Origin: Eledone cirrhosa
Taxonomy: Eukaryota
Length of the DNA stretch: 64,000 nucleotides
Assembly: GCA_964016885.1 (NCBI GenBank)
Contig: OZ024743.1
Span: 128,588,001-128,652,000 of the forward strand
Direction: 5' to 3'
Below the pieces are notes generated by a model. The model saw only the letters and a program-made list of their open reading frames with translations, was not told where the DNA came from and did no database searches. Below, in pieces: positions 1-11,261 of the stretch; positions within the stretch are counted from its first letter, which is position 1; each line of letters begins with the position of its first letter. The position numbers were made by a program, and so were the translations under genes.

Positions 1-382
1 ACATAAATTGCACAAAACTTTCCTGTATTACAGCCCCACATTATACCCTAACGGATAGTACGAACTATACGCGGATATTTTACGTCTTGATGTGGTAGCT
101 AAGTATATGTTATGTTTATACCATTACTTATTTGTATATGGCGTATATATTATATATACTGGTACATGTGCATATGGTTATGCGTATACGTGAGTTTTGC
201 GTCTGTGTGAGTATGCGAGTTCGTACGTATGTAGGGTGTGTGTATGTGTGTACTTTGTGTTTTGGTTGACGTACGTCAGTGAATATGTGTATTTACAGGT
301 GGTATGTGTGTGAGCGCGTTTATACGTATTTATGTGTGTATATTTCTATACGTTTATATAATTATATGTATACACGCACACT

Positions 383-415
<33 letters not shown>

Positions 416-670
416 TTTTAATATATATTTTTATGTGTATTTGGTGTATACGTTCCTATGCGTGCGGGTACAGGCGTTGTGTGGGATCTGTATGTGCGTG
501 CGTGCGTTTTTATTTTGTACGTGCTTGTATTGGCATACGCATTGTGGGTGTTTTCGCGTATGCTTGTGTATGTACGTATATGGTTGCGTGCATGTATATA
601 TTTAATTTCAATTACCTCTGTAATTTTATTTACTTTATTCTTAACTCTGAAGCCGGGAATCATTCGGTTT

Positions 671-1157
671 CCTAATAGAATTTTAGTCTACGACTTCAGT
701 TATACCATAAACGTGGTTTTGTCATTGCGTGTAATTGTTCTCACCGCTCCACATAATGACGTATTATCTTCGTTTTTTTCGGTCATTGCCAGAGAACGTC
801 TCCACGAACCACCTAATAGAATATTAGTCTACGACTTCATTTATACCATAAACGTAGTTTTGTCTTTGCGTGTAATTGTTTTCACCGCTCCTAATCATGA
901 CGTATTATCTTTGTCTTTATCAGTTCTTTGCCAGGGAACGTTTCCACGAACCTAAGTATCGTCTTCCTGTCTTCCTTTGGTTGCAACGTTTTTTTTAATA
1001 TTTACTTCTGCGTTCACAGATTGACTTTTTTAGTTTCAGAAGATCCCGTTAAGGGTGAAAGCAGCGATTCTTTGCTTAAACTTTAATCTGTTATTTTAAT
1101 AAATATTTGCTCTACGTTTCTTATATATTTGATATATATTTATCCTTATCGAGCCCT
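671..1157 (+). mobile_element. Non-autonomous Helitron fragment with an internal ~141-bp tandem duplication (671-811, 812-952)
   Basis: 940-1105 matches the reverse complement of the Helitron at 41813-42783 (GAAGATCCCGTTAAGGGTGAAAGCAGCGATTCTTTGCTTAAAC). 1107-1157 matches 41843-41893 in the opposite orientation to that piece. Confidence 0.65.
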
Positions 1158-1989
1158 CTTTGGATTTTAGTCTTCAAATTCGTTATTATTACTATATATA
1201 TATATATATACATATATGTGTATAAACGCATAAAACCGCACGTCTACTCCCACCGCTATCACACAACATATATATTACGCACACACAACTCCCACCACTA
1301 CCACACAACACACACAGATCTACTCCCACCATTGACACTCCTCAGTTATTATATTTCACTACAATGACATGATATGCAGTTGATAAGAAAGACCGGAACT
1401 AACAAAGAGACATGAATATGGTGGTGGTGGGGGGGGGGGTTACAGACAGGTAGCATACGTCGTGGTAATGGTGATGGTAGCTGTAGTGCTAATAATGACA
1501 GTGATGCCGGTAGTGGTGATAGTGATAGGATGGTGATGATGGTAGTGGTTCTGGTAATGAGCGTTGCAGTTACGGTGCTGATGATGATCGTGGTGATGCT
1601 GGCTACAGTGCTGAGGGGGTGGGGTGGTGGTGCTGCTGCAGGAGATGGTAGTAATGGTAGTGGTGATTACAATAGAAGTATTATTGATATATAGTCAAGT
1701 AATGTCGCAAACGTACAAGAATAATAATTATATTGATAAAAGAAAAAAAAAACGTTTTTTTTTTTTTTTTTGTATTTACCATTTTATCAAACCACGTGGA
1801 ATAGTTCCTGGTTCTATGATGTATCTATGGTCCCTTAACTCCTGATAGAGTCGTAGGGGTGCCGTATTGACATACGGCGTTTCATAGGCATTTTAAGCTT
1901 GGCAGAGCCCATCCTTCTCCAGGCCTGGGTACGGCAGATTTCCTCCAGAGAAAGATAGGAAAATGAGAAAGAGATATAGAGGAAGACTC

Positions 1990-2148
1990 GACCCCAGTAC
2001 TAGACTGGTACTTTTTTTTAATCGACCTCGATAAGATGAAAGGCAAAGTTGACCTCGGAGGGATTTGAACTCCAAGAGAGCAGGGAGCCAGAACGAATAC
2101 CATAAAGCATTCTGTTCGACGTTCTAACGACTCTGCCAACTTGACGCC
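1990..2148 (-). mobile_element. tRNA-derived SINE, family M (Meta-domain-like), diverged copy
   Basis: GATGAAAGGCAAAGTTGACCTCGG..GATTTGAACTC is shared with the many family M copies; B box GAGTTCAAATCC on the minus strand. Confidence 0.8.
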
Positions 2149-2199
2149 TGGTTCTATGATACAAAACTATATTTTAAAAGTGCTTAAAACTCTCTGGTG

Positions 2200-2400
2200 A
2201 ATGGGTATGGTATAGTGGTTCAAGGTGTTGAACTCATGATAATCGCTGGTTCGATTTTTGATCCGGGCAGCGCATTGTCATCTTGAGCTGAGCGAAATAC
2301 TTTATTTCATGATGCTCCTTCTACCAAGAGTTACGACTGGACAGAAAAACCAATGGAAGCATTGTTTCCTAGGTCCGATTTTAGGAGTGGTTCCTTCCCT
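2200..2400 (+). mobile_element. tRNA-derived SINE, family C (CORE/V-like), diverged copy
   Basis: A box TGGTATAGTGG, B box GGTTCGATT, and a TCTTGAGC..ACTTTATTTCA core similar to 8424-8642. Confidence 0.65.
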
Positions 2401-2900
2401 TCAAATACTACAGTAGTAATAGTATCAACAATAGTAATACATCATTCTCGATGATAAAAACGCCAGCAAAAACAATATAGCCAACAACAATTTAAAAAAA
2501 AGCAAAACAATTAAGACCATTAACAACTATATATCCTTTAGATCAAAGGTTCTCAACGGGGGACATATGCACCCGGGGGGGGGGGGCGTTTCTGAACTCC
2601 AGGGGCGGGGAGTTTGAGAGCAAGGTCGGGGGGGGGGGGCTCTTTACTTTGGTAAGTTTTATAAGCCATATGTGTATGTCTTTGAGACAGTCAGTGTGAA
2701 TGCATTTGAATGAGCTTGCAGACAGCATAACTATAGTCCGACTGCAGCTGTGAGCAGGTGTGCAGGCGTGTCCGGTAATTGGGACATTTACCGATAATTG
2801 AGATCCTAAAAATGGAAAAACCCACAGTCAACTGGGTCAAGGACACTTTGAGCGCAGCCAGTTAGAATCTTATCTTTCCTTCACTGATATCAATGTATTC

Positions 2901-3579
2901 CGTCAAAGCATAAATGAACTAAGTGGGAAATTAGGAATAAGAGGGATGAGATGCTGTTTACTCGAGAGAAGACTACGTTGGTATGGTCACGTGATGCGCA
3001 TGAAAGATGACAGCTGTATAAAAAAGTGCAGGGCGATCAAAATAGACGGTACCTACGGAGTAGGCAGACCCAGAAAAACCTGGGACGACTTGATAAAATC
3101 CGACCTCACACACTTACACCTCTCCAAGACAATGTCACTGGACCGAGATCTTTGGCGCTACGTAGTAATACAGAAGACCCGCCTTGCCTAAGTACAAAGC
3201 AAAACCTACAGTCAGTAGGCACCTCTTAACCAAAATACACCTCCGTCCCACTACCCCTACCCCACCGCCATCTACACCACCCCTTTCGATGTGAAGCTAT
3301 ATTGGTACCACAACATCCAGTCCTAAATAAATGAGGTCGTGTAGGCGTCACGACAAAAAAAAGCACGCAGTCCACGCTGTAATGTGGCCATGTAGGTAAC
3401 ACGGGAAACACCTCCCAGTCCACACTGTAAACGTGGTTGGTGTTAGGAAGGGCATCCAGCCGTAGAAAACCCGCCAGACAGTCCTGAGCAAGACAACCAA
3501 TCTTGCCTCAAGTGGGACAATTCCCGTCCAGACCCATGCTAGCGTGGAAGATGGACGTTAAACGATGATGATGATGATG
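2901..3579 (+). mobile_element. 5'-truncated RTE-clade LINE 3' end nested in the hAT
   Basis: ORF 2946-3191 has [19 protein letters not shown]; the 3' UTR and (GAT)n tail are homologous to 32410-33097. Confidence 0.9.
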
Positions 3580-3691
3580 TCTGAAATTATTAACTCAACC
3601 GTAACGAGTTGACACTATGTAGATCTATTTTATTCCTTATTGTATAAATAATATTACAAATAAAAAAAAAAGAAAAGAAAAAACAGAAGCG

Positions 3692-4045
3692 GGTAGCACA
3701 CACATCTAGGACCACATACAACACATAATCAGATAATACACACATCTAGGACCACATACAACACATAACGAGGTAGCACACACATCTAGGACCACATAAA
3801 ACACACAGGCAGGTAATACATACATCTAGGATAACATACAACCCAATCAGGTAATACATACATCTAGGACCACATACAACACATAAGGAGGTAATACACA
3901 CATCTAGGACCACATACAACGCACAAGCAGGTAATACATACAGCTGGGACCACATGCAATACATAAGCAGGTAATACATACATCTAGGACTACATACAAC
4001 ACACAGGCAGGTAATACATACATCTAGGACCACATACAACACACC
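3692..4045. repeat. 40-bp minisatellite, ~9 copies
   Basis: Unit approximately GGTAATACATACATCTAGGACCACATACAACACATAAGCA. Confidence 0.9.
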
Positions 4046-4055
4046 AACACATTGT

Positions 4056-5115
4056 ATCATGTGCTACGGACGACGCAAGAGCAATGGTCGGCTAACATAA
4101 GGGCTTCGTCACTCTTCTGAAGAGAGAAAATCTATCTGTATTTGCTGTTCATTGTGTCATTCATCGACAACACTTGACTGCGAAGAAACTCAGCAAGCCT
4201 CTGAGCAAGTCCCTGCAGGTGGCCATTGATGTCATCAATTTTATCAAACGGCATTCCCTCAATGAACGAATTTTCCAGCAACTGTGCCAAGATAATGACA
4301 AAGAATTCGTCAAGTTGCTCCTTCATACTGAAGTGAGGTGGCTTTCAAAGGGCAAGTGCTTTACTCACTTCTTTGAACTCTTCGACTCTATCATTGAGTT
4401 TCTGCGAGGACGCAACACAGAACTGTACAAGAAAACCCTCGATGTGAGGCAAGACTGCGCCTACCTCACCAACATCTTCGACAAATGCAATAGTGTCATT
4501 TTGGCTTTGCAGGGGAAGTAGATCACCTTGCTTAAAGCAAGGAATGTTGTGAAAACATTCCTGGCCAAATTGAATGTCATCGAAAGGAATCTTTGTTGAT
4601 GGGAATTCTATAATTTTCCTAGTGTCGCCAATGTTCAAAACATTGTAAGCGATGACCAACTCCAAATTTATACTACTCACCCCCGTGCGCTACAAGACAA
4701 CATGAGAGAACGGTTTGTCGACCTTTTGTCGATGGACATGCCAATATGGATAGCAGATCCCTTCATAGCTAACGTCGACGATTTGGACGTTAAATTTCAG
4801 GAAGAATTCATTGAACTTCAAGCAGATGACATGATCAAAATTAGATTTCCCAAAATAGGTGAACCCCTTTTTGGGATGCAAGAGGAAATTCAGCGTTGAT
4901 TTCCACACCTAGATGCAGAGGCTAAGAGATTTGCTCTGCCTTTTCCAAGCTCATACTTAGTCGAGAGGAGGTTTGGTGTTGTTTCCAGACTGCACAGTAA
5001 GGCTCGCAACCGCTACAATGTAATTACACGTGGAGATCTCTGGATACATCTTAGGAAAATTCAGCCTCACGTCAAAGAGTTAGCTAGACTCCATGAAGCT
5101 CAAGGGTCTCATTGA
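4056..5115 (+). pseudogene. hAT transposase pseudogene, C-terminal half (ZBED/Buster-like)
   Basis: Motifs HCVIHRQHL, LLLHTEVRWLSKG, YLTNIF, WIADPF, FPSSYLVERRF and terminal AQGSH*; in-frame stops at about 4519 and 4597. Confidence 0.9.
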
Positions 5116-6175
5116 AATGAGTCAAAATTAAAGTAAGTTGATTTATCTGAAAATTTGGATATGCAATTGTTACAAAGCAAACTAACAATTTTTTTATTTG
5201 TAGTTGCAGTCTGTCTGGACTGGAAACCATCTACTGCAATTCACTTACTCATTTGTTGTATATATTTTACCATTTACTAATAAATATACCCTCCTGCGTG
5301 GTCATGAAAACTCTCTTCCGTGGGCTGTAAGCTCACAAAGCAGAGGGGACATCAAGTTAGATATCAACATTTATTCTGTCCGTTTCATTAAAGGGAACAT
5401 TGGAAAGCTTTGAAATTATATAATTGCCACTTTCTTCCAGATAAGAGCACTCTTGGGATAGACAGAGTTGCTCTTGTATAAATGTTCAAAATAGCTGGTA
5501 TCGCCTGGTGGGAATATAACAAATTCAACTGGTCCTTATTCATAAAAAAGAACATTTATGTTCCTTTTTTTGAAATTTATATATTTCCTTTCAAGGAATG
5601 TATTTATACTCTCAGCTGCCTGCAATGGTATCTTTGGAATATTGTTAATCAATTTTTTAGTAATCTACTGATATCAAAATCAGTAGTATATTAAAAATGG
5701 AAAAATAGGGTAGGGGCGTTTCGTGATTTCGAAGGCCAAAAGGGGGCGGGGCGTTTGGGCTAAATGGATTGAGAACCTGTGTTCTAGATTATTCGCCCAC
5801 TAAAGTGGTAATCCCACTCAGTCACTGCATGATATACCATCCATATAATATATTACTTTTCTTGTCACGCTTATTTCATACACTCTGCACATCGTCATTT
5901 TTACTTCATGAATCGTTAACTCAATGGTACAAACATTCGCAATATATCTATGACGCCCATAATCGATGTTACCTGATCGGTTATGGTTTTTCCATTCCAC
6001 CAATGGAATAGCCACAATCAATCCATCAAATGTCACCCAAACCCGAGAAGTTCATGAGAGGTAAAGTATATAGTTCTCTGGTTTTGTAGCATAAAGCGAT
6101 AATATAAATGTACTTGTGTCATTTACAATTAACCCTATTGACATCAATCTGCCTGGTTGGCCAACCCTGGTATAT

Positions 6176-7365
6176 ATGTATGAACCCGTAAAATGAACAT
6201 GTACGCATGTATGAACCCGTAAAATGAACATGTACGCATGTATGAACCCGTAAAATGAACATGTACGCATGTATAAACCCGTAAAATGAACATGTACGCA
6301 TGTATGAACCCGTAAAATGAACATGTACGCATGTATGAACCCGTAAAATGAACATGTACGCATGTATGAACCCGTAAAATGAACATGTACGCATGTATGA
6401 ACCCGTAAAATGAACATGTACGCATGTATGAACCCGTAAAATGAACATGTACGCATGTATAAACCCGTAAAATGAACATGTACGCATGTATGAACCCGTA
6501 AAATGAACATGTACGCATGTATAAACCCGTAAAATGAACATGTACGCATGTATGAACCCGTAAAATGAACATGTACGCATGTATAAACCCGTAAAATGAA
6601 CATGTACGCATGTATGAACCCGTAAAATGAACATGTACGCATGTATGAACCCGTAAAATGAACATGTACGCATGTATAAACCCGTAAAATGAACATGTAC
6701 GCATGTATAAACCCGTAAAATGAACATGTACGCATGTATGAACCCGTAAAATGAACATGTACGCATGTATGAACCCGTAAAATGAACATGTACGCATGTA
6801 TGAACCCGTAAAATGAACATGTACGCATGTATAAACCCGTAAAATGAACATGTACGCATGTATAAACCCGTAAAATGAACATGTACGCATGTATGAACCC
6901 GTAAAATGAACATGTACGCATGTATGAACCCGTAAAATGAACATGTACGCATGTATGAACCCGTAAAATGAACATGTACGCATGTATAAACCCGTAAAAT
7001 GAACATGTACGCATGTATAAACCCGTAAAATGAACATGTACGCATGTATGAACCCGTAAAATGAACATGTACGCATGTATGAACCCGTAAAATGAACATG
7101 TACGCATGTATAAACCCGTAAAATGAACATGTACGCATGTATAAACCCGTAAAATGAACATGTACGCATGTATGAACCCGTAAAATGAACATGTACGCAT
7201 GTATGAACCCGTAAAATGAACATGTACACATGTATAAACCCGTAAAATGAACATGTACGCATGTATAAACCCGTAAAATGAACATGTACGCATGTATGAA
7301 CCCGTAAAATGAACATGTACGAATGTATAAACCCGTAAAATGAACATGTACGTATGTATGAACCC
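6176..7365. repeat. 31-bp tandem repeat array, ~38 near-identical copies
   Basis: Unit TAT(G/A)AACCCGTAAAATGAACATGTACGCATG; the long minus-strand ORFs are artefacts of this repeat. Confidence 0.97.
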
Positions 7366-7611
7366 AGAAGATCTGGTGGAATTGTAAGACACCGTCGTGA
7401 CACGCGACGCGTCGTAGGTATTTAAACCTGGCGGAGCCCATCCCTCTCTAGACCTGAAGCCAGCCGATTGTTTTCAAGAGACAAGTGTTGGAAACGTAAA
7501 GATTCCTTTCCTACTAATATTTCTTCATTGTACTGTCATCTGCTTTGTTATTTGTTTATGTTTTGCATGTGTGTGTGTGTGTGTGTGTTTGTGCATATAA
7601 CTTTATATATA

Positions 7612-8022
7612 TCGGGAGAGATGACCCCTTATCCTTTGTCAAGGCAGAATTCTAGGAGAAGGAAAACTCTGATATAACACCTGCAACCCTGATGGTAACC
7701 AATGATGTTGACTTGTTCTTCTTTTTGGTAAATATAATCTTGGTTAAGAGAGTGGGACTGGCTTTGTGCAGTGCCTTTGCTCACTATAAAAGCTTCACGG
7801 CACAGGCATTGCTTTATATCTGGAGATCTCTCTGCACTTGTCGTCACATGGTACCATGGGTCCAGCACTATGTGTCAGTAATTGTCACAAGTGTAGTGTT
7901 TGTACCAGAGTTTTCAAGTCGCTGGCTGGACTAAAAAGTCACACTCGTTCAGCGCATCGGTAGGGGTTCTCCTACATAGATATAAAGTAGTGGCCGTACT
8001 CGAAAACGAGTTGGCAGCCACC

Positions 8023-8025
<3 letters not shown>
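7612..8025 (+). mobile_element. RTE-like LINE derivative: putative 5'UTR piece joined to a C2H2 zinc-finger 3' end
   Basis: 7880-7960 encodes [25 protein letters not shown]; 3' stem-loop CTCG-AAAA-CGAG; CTAGGAGAAGGAAAACTCTGA at ~7652 resembles RTE 5'UTRs (from memory). Confidence 0.7.
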
Positions 8026-8056
<31 letters not shown>

Positions 8057-8057
8057 G

Positions 8058-8090
<33 letters not shown>

Positions 8091-8095
8091 GTATG

Positions 8096-8134
<39 letters not shown>

Positions 8135-8161
8135 GTACATATATATATATATATATATATA

Positions 8162-8201
<40 letters not shown>

Positions 8202-8220
8202 TATATATATATATATGTAC

Positions 8221-8325
<105 letters not shown>

Positions 8326-8350
8326 TATATATATATATATATATATGTAC

Positions 8351-8388
<38 letters not shown>

Positions 8389-8423
8389 GTATATATATAT
8401 GTATATACATACATATATATATA

Positions 8424-8642
8424 AACGGAACGATCGACTTTCGTCAAATCGGACCGAGGGAACAATGTTTCCGTTGGTCTTTCCAGTTGCTAATACTATC
8501 TATCGGTCGAAACACCAGGTAGAAGGAGCAACGTGAACTAAAATGTAGTCAAGGACATAACGCATCGCCTGGTCCAGGAATCGAACTCACAACCTTACGA
8601 TTGCGAATCCAATTCTCTAACCACTCAGCCACACGCCTTCAC
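8424..8642 (-). mobile_element. tRNA-derived SINE, family C subtype with a structured 3' end
   Basis: A box TGGCTGAGTGG and B box GAGTTCGATTCC; near-identical copy at 48014-48225. Confidence 0.9.
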
Positions 8643-10276
<1,634 letters not shown>

Positions 10277-10278
10277 GA

Positions 10279-10579
10279 TGGAGGCACATGGCTTAGTGGT
10301 TAGAGCATTGGCCTTGCAATCGAAAGGTTGTGAGTTCAATTCTCAGACCGGGTGATGTGTTGTCTCCTTGAGCAAGGCACTTTATTTCACATTGCTCCAG
10401 TTTACTCAGCTGTAGAGTAATCTACTGATATCAAAATCAGTAGTATATTGAAAAATGGAAAAATAGGGTAGGGGGTCGTTTCGTGATTTTGTTGGCTTAA
10501 ATGGATTGAGAACCTTTCCCGTCCCACCCTTGCAAGCAGGGAAAAGTGGACGTAAAATGAAATGATGATGAATGATGAT
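10279..10579 (+). mobile_element. Family C SINE with RTE-type tail; middle replaced by a hAT-derived segment
   Basis: Head and tail are near-identical to 43833-44179; 10417-10516 matches 5660-5778. Confidence 0.88.
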
Positions 10580-10598
10580 ATATATAGGAACGAGTAGG

Positions 10599-10694
10599 AC
10601 CCCGACGGCTGAGCTCAACCCGTTTCGACGGCTAATTCTGGATTAAATGAAAATTTTTATCCTGGTATTTGGATAGCCGAGCTTCTCAAGGGGT
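10599..10694 (-). ncRNA. Type I hammerhead ribozyme, U3-A8 core variant
   Basis: Minus strand: ACCCC UUGAGAA G..CGGCUA[loop]UAGCCGUC GAAA CGG[..]CCG UC GGGGU, with a GUC cleavage triplet. Confidence 0.65.
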
Positions 10695-10790
10695 AATTCC
10701 ATATATGGTCAAAGTGATTGTCGCAGGGATTGGTCAAAAGGTGTAAGGAACCAGGTGGACCATAACGCACCAAAGTACTCAATACCTCCG

Positions 10791-10829
<39 letters not shown>

Positions 10830-11261
10830 TTTTGCGAGGTTTTTTATATGAAATCGTGTGTCGAAACAGATATTGTTATATTTGGGGAGGGTCATATTTG
10901 CGTAATATTGCCAGAATTAATAACAGAACACACTCACTGTTTGGTTGGTTTTCGCTTCTCGCTGTCTTTTATATATATATATATCTGCGATCTAACTTAC
11001 TCGGTCCTCAATGTTGCCATTGACTGACCGGCGGTCAAAAATAATACAGATACAATATAGACACAAACACATATATATAGTTTACATAATTTACATAAAT
11101 TAATAATGGAAATAAAATAATAATGGAAATAGTACATGTAGCAACATCAACAAAAACAAGAAACATAATAATAGTAACAACCACAATGGTAGAAATAGCA
11201 GTAACAACAACAACAATAACGGTGAAGTATACATCTAGCAATCATAACAATAATAATATTA

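Larger units (their letters stand above)
2544..5781 (+). mobile_element. hAT DNA transposon (Buster/Charlie-type), defective, with nested insertions
   Basis: TIRs CAAAGGTTCTCAAC (2544) and ATTGAGAACCTGTG (ends 5781); 8-bp TSD CTTTAGAT/TTCTAGAT with central TA; transposase remnant inside. Confidence 0.85.

Noticed and set aside
1-600. Possible end of another PLE ORF followed by a TG-rich 3' region like 62190-62580
   Set aside because: Only compositional similarity and a few residues at the window edge.
3692-4045. Cys-rich ORF 3746-4060
   Set aside because: Translation of the 40-bp minisatellite.
6052-7441. Three 420-446 aa minus-strand ORFs, and a CRISPR-like appearance of the array
   Set aside because: The ORFs are translations of a stop-free 31-bp tandem repeat. 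There are no unique spacers or cas genes, and the context is eukaryotic.
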